The translations under genes and the position numbers were made by a program. From Escherichia coli (GTDB taxonomy: Bacteria > Pseudomonadota > Gammaproteobacteria > Enterobacterales > Enterobacteriaceae), in assembly GCF_965641715.1 (NCBI RefSeq), contig NZ_OZ282453.1: DNA of 64,000 nt; one strand, 5' to 3'. The stretch's first letter is position 1; each line of letters begins with the position of its first letter. The notes beneath the pieces were generated by a model. The model did not search any database. It was given only the letters and a program-made list of their open reading frames with translations, and was not told the DNA's origin. Positions 1 to 12,214 of this stretch are shown here, in pieces.

Positions 1-527
1 ATAATAACGTTGCAGAAGCGACAGGGGATGGTGTCCAGATTGTTTCCCTTAAAAAAGCGATGAAGCATAGCGATAAGCTTTTCGTCTTACGAGTCCCGGA
101 TCTTACCCCGCAACAAGCCACAGAAATCACCGCGTTCGCCAATAAAATCAAAGATAGCGGTTATAACTATCGCGGCATTGTCGAATTTATTCCCTTTATG
201 GTGACTCGCCAGATGTGCTCACTGAATCCGTTCTCCGAGGATTTTCGCCAACAGTGCGTCAGCGGCCTGGCGAAAGCGCAGTTAAGCAGTGTGGTCGAAG
301 GAGACAAAAAGTCGTGGTTTTGTTCGGAATTTGTCACTGATGCATTTGCCAAAGCCGGGCATCCGCTTACGCTGGCGCAATCGGGCTGGATTAGCCCTGC
401 CGATCTGATGCATATGCGTATTGGTGATGTCTCTGCGTTTAAGCCAGAAACGCAGTTACAGTATGTTGGGCACCTGAAGCCAGGGATTTATATCAAGGCG
501 GGTCGCTTTGTTGGTTTGACCCGGTGA
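1..527 (+). CDS. yaeF: YaeF, NlpC/P60-like putative lipoprotein peptidase (5' partial; reading frame is open to the window edge)
   Basis: Frame of ORF 60..527 stays open upstream to position 1; C-terminal sequence matches my recollection of E. coli YaeF; position next to nlpE fits the K-12 order. Confidence 0.8.
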   Translation, partial: NNVAEATGDGVQIVSLKKAMKHSDKLFVLRVPDLTPQQATEITAFANKIKDSGYNYRGIVEFIPFMVTRQMCSLNPFSEDFRQQCVSGLAKAQLSSVVEGDKKSWFCSEFVTDAFAKAGHPLTLAQSGWISPADLMHMRIGDVSAFKPETQLQYVGHLKPGIYIKAGRFVGLTR

Positions 528-540
528 TAAAGTAAATGCC

Positions 541-655
<115 letters not shown>

Positions 656-726
656 AACGTGCAAATTCAAAATGTTGAAATATATCCTTCTGGCCTGTTT
701 TGCGTTTGTTTCTGTCTCAAGACGGG

Positions 727-1437
727 TTACTGCCCCAAACTACTGCAATCCTGGTTTGGGTAAAATTTCCCTGCCGTATCGGGTGCTAATACTTTGGTCG
801 GCGCACCGGTATCCGGATTAGCCTCAAGCGTAAAGTGACCTTCTACTGATAGTAACACCGGTTTTTCACTGTGGCCGCGCGCAGCCAGGTAGCCACGCTC
901 CAGCTCTGCGTTATTCGCTACCATGAAACGTTTTCCGGTCGCGCAATCAGTGAAGGTCGCCGCATCAGCCATATAAAAATACATGCCCCGCAGGGTCATC
1001 GGCGTCATGGGTAAACTGGATTGTGCCGGTTCCAGCGTATAGTTGAACTGCGATTCAATCGGATTGCCTTCACGATCGAGCATCTCCAGCGCATCGCCTT
1101 TCGCCCGATAATATGACTTTTCACCTTTGCTGTCGGTTAATACCAGCTTGTCAGCGGTTCGCGCCCATGTACCGTAGGAAGCGAAGGAGGAAGGTTCTTC
1201 ACGAGCATCGAGATAACGCTCATTCATCACCCATGTTCCGTCTTTTTCGAGGAACAGAGAGGTTTCGATTCCTTCGCAATCGGCACACGGCAGCACGCCG
1301 CGCCAACTTTGCGGCATCGGTTTCAGTTCGGCTGCCTGCGCCGGAGAAAGCGTATCGACTTCGGCCCGATTATTACAACCCATCAGAGTAAAGAGGCTGA
1401 TTACAGCCATCGCTGTCACTATCGCTTTTTTCACCAT
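727..1437 (-). CDS. nlpE: Outer-membrane lipoprotein NlpE (CutF), Cpx envelope-stress sensor
   Basis: 236 aa ORF with lipobox LMGC and CxxC motif; matches NlpE. Confidence 0.93.
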   Translation of the reverse strand: MVKKAIVTAMAVISLFTLMGCNNRAEVDTLSPAQAAELKPMPQSWRGVLPCADCEGIETSLFLEKDGTWVMNERYLDAREEPSSFASYGTWARTADKLVLTDSKGEKSYYRAKGDALEMLDREGNPIESQFNYTLEPAQSSLPMTPMTLRGMYFYMADAATFTDCATGKRFMVANNAELERGYLAARGHSEKPVLLSVEGHFTLEANPDTGAPTKVLAPDTAGKFYPNQDCSSLGQ

Positions 1438-1450
1438 CCATTCCTTCTTT

Positions 1451-1873
1451 TTATTCCCGACCGCTGCGCACTTTGCCGCGCATCGCCTTCACGCTTGATT
1501 TTTGTGCTTTCGATGCCAGCCTGCGCTCTTTCGATGCACGGGTGGGCCGCGTGGGTCGTCGGGCTTTTTGTTCTGTTGTTAAATCTTTAATCACTGCCAC
1601 CAGCCGGGCCAGCGCGGCTTCGCGGTTCAGTTCCTGACTGCGGTATTCCTGTGCCTTAATGACAATCACGCCATCACTGCTGATCAAATGATGGCTGGCG
1701 GCGAGCAGACGCTCTTTGTAATACTCTGGCAGGCTGGACGCCCGAATGTCAAAACGCAGATGAATAGCCGTTGAGGTCTTATTAACATGCTGCCCGCCCG
1801 CGCCCTGCGCACGAATGGCGGTGATCTCAAGCTCACCATCGGGAATAGCAACATGTCGGGAAATCACAATCAT
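1451..1873 (-). CDS. arfB: Peptidyl-tRNA hydrolase ArfB (YaeJ), ribosome rescue factor
   Basis: 140 aa ORF with GGQ motif ([10 protein letters not shown]) and basic C-terminal tail. Confidence 0.93.
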   Translation of the reverse strand: MIVISRHVAIPDGELEITAIRAQGAGGQHVNKTSTAIHLRFDIRASSLPEYYKERLLAASHHLISSDGVIVIKAQEYRSQELNREAALARLVAVIKDLTTEQKARRPTRPTRASKERRLASKAQKSSVKAMRGKVRSGRE

Positions 1874-2415
1874 GAAGGTTGTTGCCAGGCGGTTAAGTTC
1901 ACTTCCAGATTATTCTTATCATCCGATAACCAGATCACGCCATCCTGAATCGTTGCCTGCAGCGTCATGGTACGATCGGCAAAGGCGCTTACTTTCGCCA
2001 GTTGTTCATCGTCCAGATACCAGACGGAAAGATTGGCAAACTGCACACATTTGCTCTGATTTTGCTGCCACCAGATTTGCGCCGCCCGACTATTATAGGT
2101 AAACAGCGCCACTTCTGCGGCCTGGGTGCAGGCTTTCTTAATCCGCCGCTCATCCGGCAGCCCCAGCTCAATCCACAAATCAATGCCCAGGTGATCGTTA
2201 CGCAGCCACGCTTCCGGCTCATCATCGGCACACAAACCACGGGTAAATTGCAGACGTTCATCAGCATATTTCAACCACGCCAGCAAGCGCAGCATCATAC
2301 GCTCCTGGGTTTCTGAAGGGTGGCGCGCCAGCGTCAGAGAGGCATCGAGAAACTGGTTGCGGTCGAGATCGGCCACATTAACCGTCGCTTTATAAATTGT
2401 CGCTTTAAGCGCCAT
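1870..2415 (-). CDS. yaeQ: YaeQ family protein
   Basis: 181 aa ORF; stop overlaps arfB start by 4 nt. Confidence 0.9.
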   Translation of the reverse strand: MALKATIYKATVNVADLDRNQFLDASLTLARHPSETQERMMLRLLAWLKYADERLQFTRGLCADDEPEAWLRNDHLGIDLWIELGLPDERRIKKACTQAAEVALFTYNSRAAQIWWQQNQSKCVQFANLSVWYLDDEQLAKVSAFADRTMTLQATIQDGVIWLSDDKNNLEVNLTAWQQPS

Positions 2416-2580
2416 AAGAAAACTCCTTTCGAATCAGGAGGCCATTGTAACGGAATACGTGCAGTTGCGGCGCTGATATTGCAGAAATGAGTGTGGTATA
2501 GTCACCTTGCGAAACAGAGTTTATCTTCGTAGGCTTAGACTTGCATCCACGGTTAAGTCAGAGTGCTGACAGGAGGGCAT

Positions 2581-2781
2581 GTGGAAAAATATTGTGAGTT
2601 AATACGCAAGCGGTACGCGGAAATCGCCAGCGGAGACTTAGGATACGTTCCGGACGCGCTGGGCTGCGTTTTGAAAGTGCTGAATGAAATGGCTGCCGAC
2701 GACGCCCTTTCTGAGGCTGTCAGGGAAAAAGCAGCATACGCTGCGGCAAACTTACTGGTGAGCGATTATGTCAATGAATGA
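2581..2781 (+). CDS. yaeP: YaeP, small UPF0253 protein
   Basis: 66 aa from GTG start at 2581 preceded by aggagg SD; sequence [12 protein letters not shown]... matches YaeP. Confidence 0.8.
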
Positions 2782-3028
2782 TACGTATCAACCAATCAAT
2801 TGTGATGATTACGATAATCTTGAGCTCGCCTGCCAGCATCATTTAATGCTGACACTTGAGCTGAAAGATGGCGAAAAATTGCAGGCAAAAGCCAGCGATT
2901 TAGTCTCCCGCAAAAATGTGGAGTATCTGGTCGTCGAGGCCGCTGGCGAAACCCGTGAGCTACGTCTGGATAAAATTACCAGCTTTAGCCACCCGGAAAT
3001 CGGTACGGTGGTGGTGAGCGAGTCCTGA
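2774..3028 (+). CDS. rof: Rof, Rho-specific inhibitor of transcription termination
   Basis: 84 aa from [14 protein letters not shown]...; overlaps yaeP 3' end. Confidence 0.88.
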
Positions 3029-3036
3029 TTGACTTT

Positions 3037-3071
3037 CGCCGGATGCGACGCTTAATGCGTCATATCCGGCC
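3037..3071. repeat. REP-like palindrome between convergent rof and tilS (probable bidirectional terminator)
   Basis: cgccggatgcgacgc ttaa tgcgtcatatccggcc imperfect inverted repeat. Confidence 0.55.
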
Positions 3072-3080
3072 TTCACTTAA

Positions 3081-4376
3081 CTAAGCGTTTCGCTGCCAGA
3101 CAAAACTTATGCCATTCTCACCTTCAGCCACACCTTCTTGCGTCACAAATACCCCTGCCGCCGCAATCAGCGTTTCGCCATAAAACAGCAGTGGCGTGGT
3201 GTCACGTAGCCACGGCGGCACGCCCAGCTCTTGCCAGATTTTCTTTAGCTTACGTCCGCCGTTACGCCCGACAATATGCAGCAATCCTGGCGCTTTGAAA
3301 CGCACGCTGACCGCTTCGTCTGCACGCGGAGGGCGAATAGCACCTCCCGCATTAAGCTGTACACTTCCCAGCCCCGCCGGTAATTCCAGCGGTTGAAGCC
3401 ACGTCTGCCACGGCACAATGTTTTCGCTTTGCCCGGTGACGGATTTAATCCACCACAGTTGCGACTGATAGCGTCGGATTTCAAACGCGCCCAAACGTAA
3501 ACAGGGGGAGGCATCTTCCCGCGCCAGCGCCACTTCCTGCCAGATCCTCACCAACGCGTCGCGGGAAGGCATCGGTGCATTCTGCCCTGCCAGCCAGCGG
3601 CGGATAATCGCCGCGCGGCGGGCATCACTCATCGCCAGCATTGGTACAATCTGCAGCGTCCCCTGCGGCGATTGACAGTGTGCTAAATCATCTGCCAGCA
3701 GTTCATCCAGCAGGCTCTCTTGTTCAGCACAAAGTGCGGCGCTGCGGGCCGTTGTTTCGGCAAAATGCGGCCAACGCTGCTGCAATAACGGCACTACGCG
3801 CAGGCGCAGAAAGTTACGATCGTATGAGTCGTCCTGATTACTTTCGTCTTCAATCCAGCGTAAACCATGCGCCAATGCCCACTGCGCCAGTTCCCCCCGC
3901 GTGCGGGCAAGCAACGGGCGGATAAGCCGTGTTCCGGCAAACTCCGAAACTTCCGCCATAGCCGAAAGCCCGGCAGGGCCGCTACCGCGTTTTAGCGCCA
4001 GCAGAAAAGTTTCACATTGATCGTCGAGATGTTGCGCGGTGACCAGCACTTCACCGGGCAACAAGGTGCGGGCAAATGCCTGATAACGCGCCTGCCGCGC
4101 CTGGGCCTCAATCCCCAGCCCCTCTTGCGCAAGTTGTACGCGTTCGACCACCAGCGGCACCTGCCACTGTTGGCAGACGTTTTCGCAATGCGTAACCCAG
4201 GCATCGGCATTGGCACTTAAACCGTGATGCACATGAATAGCGCGCAGAGCGACACCCGGATTTTCCGTCCGCCACTGCACCAACTGATGCAGCAGAACGG
4301 TGGAGTCAAGCCCGCCGCTAAAGGCCACCAGAATCTGGCGTGAGGTGAGAAGTTGTCTATTGAGCGTGAGTGTCAT
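3081..4376 (-). CDS. tilS: tRNA(Ile)-lysidine synthetase TilS (MesJ)
   Basis: 431 aa ORF with PP-loop motif SGGLDS near N-terminus. Confidence 0.95.
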   Translation of the reverse strand: MTLTLNRQLLTSRQILVAFSGGLDSTVLLHQLVQWRTENPGVALRAIHVHHGLSANADAWVTHCENVCQQWQVPLVVERVQLAQEGLGIEAQARQARYQAFARTLLPGEVLVTAQHLDDQCETFLLALKRGSGPAGLSAMAEVSEFAGTRLIRPLLARTRGELAQWALAHGLRWIEDESNQDDSYDRNFLRLRVVPLLQQRWPHFAETTARSAALCAEQESLLDELLADDLAHCQSPQGTLQIVPMLAMSDARRAAIIRRWLAGQNAPMPSRDALVRIWQEVALAREDASPCLRLGAFEIRRYQSQLWWIKSVTGQSENIVPWQTWLQPLELPAGLGSVQLNAGGAIRPPRADEAVSVRFKAPGLLHIVGRNGGRKLKKIWQELGVPPWLRDTTPLLFYGETLIAAAGVFVTQEGVAEGENGISFVWQRNA

Positions 4377-4440
4377 GATGGTGCGATTTTACAGTAGCAA
4401 TGCCCGGCACGTTACCGGGCAAATGCGGCGATGACAAGCC

Positions 4441-4830
4441 TTACTGCTCATACAGTTCCAACGGCAGCCCGTCCGGATCGTTAAAGAAGGTGAAGCGTTT
4501 TTGCGTGTATGGATCGACACGGATGGCTTCACACTTCACGTTATGGCTTTCAAGGTGCGCCACTGCCGCATCGATGTCATCAACGCTAAAAGCCAGATGA
4601 CGCAGGCCGCAAGCTTCCGGTCGGCTGGGGCGCTCCGGCGGGAACGGAAATGAGAAAAGCTCAATCACATATTGCCCATTAAGCGCCAAATCCCCTTTCC
4701 ACGAGTCGCGCGCTTCGCGATAGACTTCGCTTTGCAGCGTGAAACCAAGAATATCGCAGTAGAAAGCTTTGCTCACCGCATAATCCGTCGCAATAATCGC
4801 AATATGGTGAACCTGTTTTAAACCCAGCAT
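4441..4830 (-). CDS. yaeR: YaeR, VOC/glyoxalase-family protein
   Basis: ORF 4441..4857; start chosen at internal Met (MLGLKQVHH...) to give the 129 aa form; start codon uncertain. Confidence 0.8.
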   Translation of the reverse strand: MLGLKQVHHIAIIATDYAVSKAFYCDILGFTLQSEVYREARDSWKGDLALNGQYVIELFSFPFPPERPSRPEACGLRHLAFSVDDIDAAVAHLESHNVKCEAIRVDPYTQKRFTFFNDPDGLPLELYEQ

Positions 4831-4886
4831 AACGTCTCCTTTATTTGTTAACAGCACGTTACTCGCCCGGAAGCCGCTCTGGCAAG

Positions 4887-7028
4887 TTATCCCGCCATTT
4901 TTAGGACTCGTACGCGGTAAACGCCGTCTTCGTCCTGTTTCGCGCCGTGAATATCCGTTTCAAAACCGGGGTAATGTTGCCCTACGGAACAAAGCATCAG
5001 TAGAAAATCGAGTACCGTGCAGCTCTCTTTGGTCAGCATTTCTCCAGGCATCAACAGCGGTACGCCAGGAGGATAAGGCAGGATCATATTTGCCGATACT
5101 CTACCGACCAGTTGTTCCAGCGCAATGGTTTCTACTTCACCTTTAATCTGTCTCTGCCATGCCTGATGTGGCGTCATGATCATCTCCGGCAAGGTATCAA
5201 ATGCCCGCAACATCAAACCGGGAAGATCGTGTTTACGAATCAGCTTATGGATCCCTTGCGCCAGATCCTGAATACGCATATTGCGGTAGAAATCGGGATC
5301 TTCTGCGTACAGATCCGGAAGCATATTTTTGATTCGCAGATTGAGATCGTAAGAGCGTTTAAATTCCGTCAACCCACGCAATAATCCCATTGCTTTGGTT
5401 TTATCAATGCCAATACTAAAGAGAAACAGCAGGTTATATGGGCCGGTTTTCTCTACCACGATCCCACGCTCATCGAGGAACTTCGCCACCAGCGCCGCCG
5501 GGATCCCCTCCTCGCTCATATTGCCCTGCTCGTCCATCCCCGGCGTCAGAATAGTGACTTTAACCGGATCGAGGAACATATGATCGGCATCCGCATCGTT
5601 AAAGCCGTGCCATTGTTCGCCAGGCGCAACGGGCCAGCATTCGGCTTCATCCACCTGCGGCGGTTGCCAGATATCGAAAAACCAACCGTCAGACTCTTCC
5701 CGCAGCCGCTGGACCTCTTTGCGAAAATGCAGAGCTCGTTCTACTGAACGGTTAATCAGCCGTTTACCCGGATTACCACGCAGCATCGCTGCTGCCGTCT
5801 CAACCGAAGCAACAATGGGATAACTGGGCGAGGTGGTGGTATGCATCATAAAGGCTTCGTTAAAGGCCCCTTCGTCATACTCGCCTTTAATGTGGATCAG
5901 CGAAGCCTGCGATAACGCCGCCAGCATTTTGTGGGTCGATTGCGTTTCGAAGATCACTTTTCCCGCAACACGCTCGCCGCTCATACCACTTTTCCCCTGG
6001 TAGATCGGATGAAAATGGGTGTACGGCACCCAGGCGGAATCGAAGTGGATCGACGGGACATCCAGCGTCTGTTTGATCCAGTCGGTGTTGTAGAGCAAGC
6101 CATCATAGGTTGAGTTGGTAATCACCGCATGAACCGGCCATTGTGCCTGCGTGGTGGCAGCGACTTTCTCTTCGATGCTGTCACGAGTAAATTCACAGCG
6201 CGGGATCCCACCCAGAATCCCCAACGCATTACGCGTCGGTTTCAGCCAGACCGGCACTACATCGTTCATCATCAACAGATGCGCCAGTGATTTATGGCAG
6301 TTGCGGTCGATCAACAGCGTACTGCCGGATGGCGCGGCGTACATACCCACAATTTTGTTCGACGTCGATGTTCCGTTGGTAACGATATAACTCTGTTCCG
6401 CGCCGAAAGTCCGCGCGATGTACTCTTCCGCTTCCAGGTGTGGCCCGGTGTGGTCGAGCAACGAACCAAGCTCGGTGACCGAAATAGAGACATCAGCCTT
6501 AAGGGTATTCCCGCCGAAAAAGTCATAAAACAGACAGCCAACCGGGCTTTTTTGATATGCGGTGCCGCCCATATGACCCGGCGTACAAAAGGTGTACTTC
6601 CGCTCTTTGACGTAGGTAAACAAGGCTTTCGTGAACGGTGGGGTAATGTTATCAAGATATTCGTCGGTGTACTGACGCATACGAATGGCGATATCTTCCG
6701 CCTGCCCCAGCGCATATTCAAAAAACCAGAGCGCCATCCGCATATCCTGCACGCTGACATCCATCGTCGAGTGGGTGTTGATGAAGGCATAAAGCGGGAG
6801 ATATTCATTAAGCTGATTGATATCGCTACATAAATCGAGACTGTACTCATCCCAGTCAAAAATCACGCCGCAAATTCGAGGGTTATGTTCGATAAATTTC
6901 AGCAAATCAACGCTGTTTTGTGGCCAGATAATCTGAAAGCCTTGCGCCACCAGCGCCGACTCCAGTTCTTTGATGGGCTCATCTTTATAAAAGACGCCAT
7001 GCGGTCCCATAATGGCAATGATGTTCAT
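4887..7028 (-). CDS. ldcC: Lysine decarboxylase, constitutive (LdcC)
   Basis: 713 aa ORF; fold-type I PLP decarboxylase; position next to accA distinguishes it from CadA. Confidence 0.95.
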   Translation of the reverse strand: MNIIAIMGPHGVFYKDEPIKELESALVAQGFQIIWPQNSVDLLKFIEHNPRICGVIFDWDEYSLDLCSDINQLNEYLPLYAFINTHSTMDVSVQDMRMALWFFEYALGQAEDIAIRMRQYTDEYLDNITPPFTKALFTYVKERKYTFCTPGHMGGTAYQKSPVGCLFYDFFGGNTLKADVSISVTELGSLLDHTGPHLEAEEYIARTFGAEQSYIVTNGTSTSNKIVGMYAAPSGSTLLIDRNCHKSLAHLLMMNDVVPVWLKPTRNALGILGGIPRCEFTRDSIEEKVAATTQAQWPVHAVITNSTYDGLLYNTDWIKQTLDVPSIHFDSAWVPYTHFHPIYQGKSGMSGERVAGKVIFETQSTHKMLAALSQASLIHIKGEYDEGAFNEAFMMHTTTSPSYPIVASVETAAAMLRGNPGKRLINRSVERALHFRKEVQRLREESDGWFFDIWQPPQVDEAECWPVAPGEQWHGFNDADADHMFLDPVKVTILTPGMDEQGNMSEEGIPAALVAKFLDERGIVVEKTGPYNLLFLFSIGIDKTKAMGLLRGLTEFKRSYDLNLRIKNMLPDLYAEDPDFYRNMRIQDLAQGIHKLIRKHDLPGLMLRAFDTLPEMIMTPHQAWQRQIKGEVETIALEQLVGRVSANMILPYPPGVPLLMPGEMLTKESCTVLDFLLMLCSVGQHYPGFETDIHGAKQDEDGVYRVRVLKMAG

Positions 7029-7081
7029 GTGTTCCTCCTGGAAAATCCTTCCTTAATCATAGCCTGCTCAAACCGTGGCGA

Positions 7082-7111
7082 TAAAAAAGGGCCACCGAAG
7101 TGACCCTTTTT
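7082..7111 (-). terminator. Rho-independent terminator downstream of accA
   Basis: minus-strand RNA gggucacuucggugaccc-like stem (gggccaccgaagtgaccc on plus) followed by U-run. Confidence 0.6.
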
Positions 7112-7126
7112 CAGAACTTTTGCGAA

Positions 7127-8086
7127 TTACGCGTAACCGTAGCTCATCAGGCGCTGATAACGACGATTTTTTAAATCTTCAGTGCTTAACACGTCGAGAT
7201 CGGCCAGATCCGCCAGCAGTTGCGCTTTCAACGATGCCGCCATCGCTTCCGGGTTACGGTGAGCACCACCCAGCGGTTCCGGGATGATGGAGTCGATCAG
7301 TTTCAGCTCTTTCAGACGCGGAGCGATGATACCCATCGCTTCAGCTGCCAGCGGCGCTTTGTCGGCGCTCTTCCACAGAATGGACGCACAACCTTCCGGC
7401 GAGATAACGGAATAGGTGCTGTATTGCAACATATTCACTTTATCGCCCACGCCAATCGCCAGCGCACCGCCAGAACCACCTTCACCGATAACCGTACAAA
7501 CTACCGGTACGCCGAGGCGAGACATTTCACGCAGGTTGCGTGCAATGGCTTCAGACTGACCACGCTCTTCTGCGCCCACGCCAGGATAAGCCCCCGGGGT
7601 GTCGATAAAGGTGATGATAGGCATCTTAAAGCGTTCAGCCATTTGCATCAGACGCAGTGCTTTGCGGTAACCTTCTGGCGCTGGCATACCAAAGTTACGG
7701 CGAATTTTTTCTTTGGTTTCACGACCTTTTTGATGACCAATGATCATCACCGGACGACCATCGAGACGGGCGATACCACCGACGATAGCTTTATCGTCTG
7801 CATACGCGCGGTCGCCAGCCAGTTCGTCAAATTCATCAAATGCCAGGCGAACGTAATCCAGGGTATAAGGACGCTGTGGATGGCGTGCCAGTTGCGCAAT
7901 CTGCCATGCACCGAGATCGGCGAAGATTTTGCGCGTCAGTTCTACACTTTTTTCACGCAGACGATGCACTTCTTCATCGATGTTAATATCCAGTTTCTCA
8001 TCCTGACGGCTAACCGCAGTCAGAGAATCGATTTTCGCTTCCAGCTCTGCAATCGGCTGTTCAAAATCAAGGAAATTCAGACTCAT
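7127..8086 (-). CDS. accA: Acetyl-CoA carboxylase carboxyltransferase alpha subunit
   Basis: 319 aa ORF matching AccA. Confidence 0.96.
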   Translation of the reverse strand: MSLNFLDFEQPIAELEAKIDSLTAVSRQDEKLDINIDEEVHRLREKSVELTRKIFADLGAWQIAQLARHPQRPYTLDYVRLAFDEFDELAGDRAYADDKAIVGGIARLDGRPVMIIGHQKGRETKEKIRRNFGMPAPEGYRKALRLMQMAERFKMPIITFIDTPGAYPGVGAEERGQSEAIARNLREMSRLGVPVVCTVIGEGGSGGALAIGVGDKVNMLQYSTYSVISPEGCASILWKSADKAPLAAEAMGIIAPRLKELKLIDSIIPEPLGGAHRNPEAMAASLKAQLLADLADLDVLSTEDLKNRRYQRLMSYGYA

Positions 8087-8098
8087 AGTATTCCTGTA

Positions 8099-11000
8099 TT
8101 AGTCAAACTCCAGTTCCACCTGCTCCGAACCAATGAGGCCACGGAGATCGTTTAATAAACGATCGCTCGGAGAGACACGCCACGTCGCGCCAAAACGCAA
8201 CCGCGCGCGTGCATCCGCCCTCTGATAGTAGAGATGTACTGGAATTGTCCCAGAGCGGTGGGGTTCCAGAGACTGACGGAGTCGGTTTAAAAGCTGGTCA
8301 TCAATTTGCCTGTCCGTCAGCGAGATAGCAAGCCCGCGAGCATATTTTTCCCGGGCTTCGTCAATATCCATCACTTCGCGAGCGGTCATTTTAAGCCCAC
8401 CGCTGAAGTCATCAAAGCTGACCTGTCCGCTGACGATAAGTATGCGGTCTTTTTCCAGCAATTGCTGGTATTTATCCAGGGCGTCAGTAAACAACATCAC
8501 TTCCAGCCGCCCGGAACGGTCATCCAGCGTGCAGATACCGATACGATTGCCGCGCTTGGTGACCATAACCCGCGCGGCAACAACGAGCCCCGCAGCCGTG
8601 ATGACTTTACCACGTTCTGTCGGGTGCATGTCTTTCAGCCTTACGCCTCCGACATAACGCTCAATCTCTTTTAAATACTGGTTGATAGGGTGTCCCGTCA
8701 GGTACAGACCTAACGTTTCACGTTCCCCATCTAATACCACCTGCTCCGGCCACGGTTGGCAGCTGGCGTAGGATTGTTCAATTTGTTCCGGCTCTTCGGC
8801 CAGCACGCCGAACATATCGGCCTGACCGATAGCTTCCGCTTTCGCGTGTTGATCTGCCGCTTTTAACGCATCGCCCAGCGAGTTCATCAGTGCCGCGCGG
8901 TGTGGCCCAAGACGGTCAAACGCCCCGGACATAATCAGTTTTTCCAGCACGCGACGGTTCAACTTTTTGGTGTCGGTACGAGCGCAGAGATCAAACAGTT
9001 CGCGGAAGTAGCCGCCTTTATTACGGGCTTCGATGATCGCCTCAATCGGACCTTCACCTACCCCTTTGATCGCGCCAATACCATACACGATTTCGCCGTC
9101 GTCGTTGACGTGGAAATGGTAAAGACCGGAGTTTATATCTGGTGGCAGGATTTTCAGCCCCATCCGCCAGCACTCATCCACCAGGCCCACCACCTTCTCG
9201 GTGTTGTCCATATCGGCGGTCATTACCGCCGCCATAAACTCTGCCGGATAGTGCGCTTTCAGCCATAATGTTTGATATGACACCAAAGCATAGGCCGCAG
9301 AGTGCGATTTGTTAAATCCGTAACCAGCGAATTTCTCTACCAGGTCGAAGATTTTCATCGCCAGTTCGGCGTTGATTCCGTTCTTTTCTGCACCTTCAGC
9401 AAATACAGAACGTTGCTTAGCCATCTCTTCCGGCTTTTTCTTACCCATCGCACGACGCAGCATATCCGCGCCACCGAGGGTATAACCAGAAAGCACCTGG
9501 GCAATCTGCATGACCTGTTCCTGATACAGGATGATGCCGTAGGTTGGCTCCAGTACCGGTTTCAGGCTTTCATGCTGCCACTGTACGTCCGGATATGAGA
9601 TCTCTTCGCGACCATGTTTACGGTCGATAAAGTTATCCACCATCCCTGACTGCAACGGACCAGGGCGGAACAGTGCCACCAGTGCGATCATATCTTCGAA
9701 GCAGTCAGGTTGCAGACGCTTGATCAGGTCCTTCATGCCGCGCGATTCAAGCTGGAATACCGCCGTGGTTTCCGAGCGTTGCAGCATGTCGAAGCTTTTC
9801 TTGTCATCCAGCGGGATCGCGGCGATATCCAGCGGCGGCTCGCCATTCTTCGCCCGCCGCTTGTTGATCATCTCCAGCGCCCAGTTGATGATGGTGAGCG
9901 TACGCAAACCAAGGAAGTCGAACTTCACCAGTCCGGCGTATTCAACGTCGCTTTTATCAAACTGGGTGACCGGATGTTTGCCCTCTTCATCGCAATAAAG
10001 CGGCGCAAAATCGGTAATTTTGGTCGGCGCGATAACCACCCCACCGGCGTGTTTACCGGCGTTACGGGTGACCCCTTCCAGCTTGCGCGCCATGTCGATC
10101 AGCGCCTTGACTTCTTCGTCTGCTTCGTAGATTTCCGGCAGTTGCGGCTCGGCTTCAAACGCTTTCGCCAGCGTCATGCCCGGATCGGGCGGGATCAGTT
10201 TCGAGATACGATCGACAAAGCCGTACGGATGCCCCAGCACGCGGCCTACGTCGCGGATCACCGCTTTCGCCGCCATCGTACCGAAGGTGATAATCTGCGA
10301 TACCGCATCACGACCGTACATGTCCGCTACGTGTTCGATAACCTGATCGCGTTTCTCCATACAGAAGTCAACGTCGAAGTCAGGCATGGAGACACGTTCC
10401 GGGTTAAGGAAACGTTCGAACAGCAGGTCAAATTCCAGCGGATCGAGGTCGGTGATTTTCAGCGCGTAGGCCACCAGTGAACCCGCACCGGAGCCACGGC
10501 CTGGCCCTACCGGTACGCCGTTATCTTTCGACCACTGGATAAATTCCATAACGATGAGGAAGTAGCCCGGGAAGCCCATCTGGTTGATAACCTGAAGTTC
10601 AGTCTCCAGACGTTCGTCATATTCCGGGCGGCGCTTAACACGTTCTTCCTCATCAGGGAATAAAAAGGCCAGACGCTCTTCCAGGCCCTCTTTTGCACGC
10701 TTGACCAGATAATCTTCGGTGCTCATGTCCCCGGTCGGGAACTGCGGCAGGAAGTATTCACCAAGACGCACAGTTACGTTACAGCGTTTGGCGATCTCAA
10801 CGGTGTTGGCAAGGGCTTCTGGGATGTCGGCAAACAGCTCGCACATCTCCTCTTCGCTACGCATATATTGCTGCGGCGAATAGTTACGCGGGCGTTTAGG
10901 ATCGTCGAGGGTAAAGCCGTCGTGGATCGCGACGCGGATTTCGTGTGCGTCAAAGTCGCTGCTGTCGATAAAGCGCACATCGTTAGTCGCCACGACGGGC

Positions 11001-11581
11001 AAACCGCGCGCTTCCGCCAGTTCCACCGCCGCGTGCAGATAGCTTTCTTCATCCGGCCTGCCGGTGCGGATCAGCTCGAGAAAATAGCGATCCGGGAAGT
11101 GTTCTTCATAAAACGCGACACACTCATCTACCAGCGCGCTGTTACCACGCAAAAGACTGCGTCCGACGTCGCCCATGCGCCCGCCGGAAAGAAGGATCAA
11201 CCCTTCGTTTAATTCGATAAGCCAGTCGCGATCGATGATCGGCCCGGCGGCACCGTACCCGCGCTGATACGCTTTTGAGATCAGCAACGTCAGATTCTGA
11301 TAGCCGGTATTGTTCGCCGCCAGTACCGTCAGGTGGGTTAACTCATCACCCAGCAGGTCGCACTGGACGTTAAAATCTGCCCCGACGATAGGCTTAATCC
11401 CTGCGCCATGTCCCGCTCCGTAGAACTTCACCAGACCGCAAAGGTTGGTGAAATCGGTGATCGCCAGTGCTGGCATACCCAACGCCGCCGCCTTTTTTAC
11501 CAGCGGCGCGGTTTTGGCCAGGCCATCGATCATCGAGTAGTCGCTGTGCACCCGCAGGTGTACGAAACGTGGTTCAGACAT
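8099..11581 (-). CDS. dnaE: DNA polymerase III alpha subunit
   Basis: 1160 aa ORF with PHP domain N-terminus; matches DnaE. Confidence 0.97.
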   Translation of the reverse strand: MSEPRFVHLRVHSDYSMIDGLAKTAPLVKKAAALGMPALAITDFTNLCGLVKFYGAGHGAGIKPIVGADFNVQCDLLGDELTHLTVLAANNTGYQNLTLLISKAYQRGYGAAGPIIDRDWLIELNEGLILLSGGRMGDVGRSLLRGNSALVDECVAFYEEHFPDRYFLELIRTGRPDEESYLHAAVELAEARGLPVVATNDVRFIDSSDFDAHEIRVAIHDGFTLDDPKRPRNYSPQQYMRSEEEMCELFADIPEALANTVEIAKRCNVTVRLGEYFLPQFPTGDMSTEDYLVKRAKEGLEERLAFLFPDEEERVKRRPEYDERLETELQVINQMGFPGYFLIVMEFIQWSKDNGVPVGPGRGSGAGSLVAYALKITDLDPLEFDLLFERFLNPERVSMPDFDVDFCMEKRDQVIEHVADMYGRDAVSQIITFGTMAAKAVIRDVGRVLGHPYGFVDRISKLIPPDPGMTLAKAFEAEPQLPEIYEADEEVKALIDMARKLEGVTRNAGKHAGGVVIAPTKITDFAPLYCDEEGKHPVTQFDKSDVEYAGLVKFDFLGLRTLTIINWALEMINKRRAKNGEPPLDIAAIPLDDKKSFDMLQRSETTAVFQLESRGMKDLIKRLQPDCFEDMIALVALFRPGPLQSGMVDNFIDRKHGREEISYPDVQWQHESLKPVLEPTYGIILYQEQVMQIAQVLSGYTLGGADMLRRAMGKKKPEEMAKQRSVFAEGAEKNGINAELAMKIFDLVEKFAGYGFNKSHSAAYALVSYQTLWLKAHYPAEFMAAVMTADMDNTEKVVGLVDECWRMGLKILPPDINSGLYHFHVNDDGEIVYGIGAIKGVGEGPIEAIIEARNKGGYFRELFDLCARTDTKKLNRRVLEKLIMSGAFDRLGPHRAALMNSLGDALKAADQHAKAEAIGQADMFGVLAEEPEQIEQSYASCQPWPEQVVLDGERETLGLYLTGHPINQYLKEIERYVGGVRLKDMHPTERGKVITAAGLVVAARVMVTKRGNRIGICTLDDRSGRLEVMLFTDALDKYQQLLEKDRILIVSGQVSFDDFSGGLKMTAREVMDIDEAREKYARGLAISLTDRQIDDQLLNRLRQSLEPHRSGTIPVHLYYQRADARARLRFGATWRVSPSDRLLNDLRGLIGSEQVELEFD

Positions 11582-11617
11582 CTTCAGATTCCGGTTTACT
11601 TAATCTCGACACAAGAA

Positions 11618-12214
11618 TCAGGACGCAAGTCCCAGTGCGCGTTTGACAGGCCCAAAGCTGCGACGATGATGTTCAGTCGCGCCATATTCAGCCAGTTTTT
11701 CCAGATGAAAAGCGGTTGGATACCCTTTGTGTTGGGCAAAACCATATTGCGGGAAAACAATATCCAGCGCCGCCATTTCGGCGTCACGCGTCACTTTCGC
11801 CAGGATAGACGCGGCACTGATTTCCGGTACGCGGCTATCGCCTTTCACCACAGCCATCGCAGGCATCGGTAATTTCGGGCAGCGGTTACCATCAATCAAC
11901 ACATATTCCGGCGCAATATGCAGCCCAGCGACGGCACGCTGCATCGCCAGCATGGTCGCATGAAGAATGTTCAGCTCGTCGATTTCGTGGGGTTCCGCGC
12001 GGCCCAGACTCCAGCTCAACGCTTTCTCTTTGATCTCTTCATAGAGCGCCAGACGGCGTTTTTCGCTCAGCTTTTTGGAATCATTCAGCCCGGCAATCGG
12101 GCGCGCCGGGTCAAGGATCACCGCAGCGGTGACGACCGCGCCAACTAACGGCCCGCGTCCGACTTCATCCACACCCGCAACCAGCTGCGTGTGCGGATAG
12201 ACAAATTCGATCAT
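11618..12214 (-). CDS. rnhB: Ribonuclease HII
   Basis: 198 aa ORF ([23 protein letters not shown]...). Confidence 0.96.
   Translation of the reverse strand: MIEFVYPHTQLVAGVDEVGRGPLVGAVVTAAVILDPARPIAGLNDSKKLSEKRRLALYEEIKEKALSWSLGRAEPHEIDELNILHATMLAMQRAVAGLHIAPEYVLIDGNRCPKLPMPAMAVVKGDSRVPEISAASILAKVTRDAEMAALDIVFPQYGFAQHKGYPTAFHLEKLAEYGATEHHRRSFGPVKRALGLAS

Noticed and set aside
7220-8155. 311-aa ORF on the + strand
   Set aside because: Lies entirely antisense to accA and the dnaE 3' end; no SD/start context, composition mirrors the sense genes; shadow ORF.
9710-10480. 256-aa ORF on the + strand inside dnaE
   Set aside because: Antisense shadow ORF of an essential, well-conserved gene; Arg/His-rich low-complexity translation typical of antisense frames.
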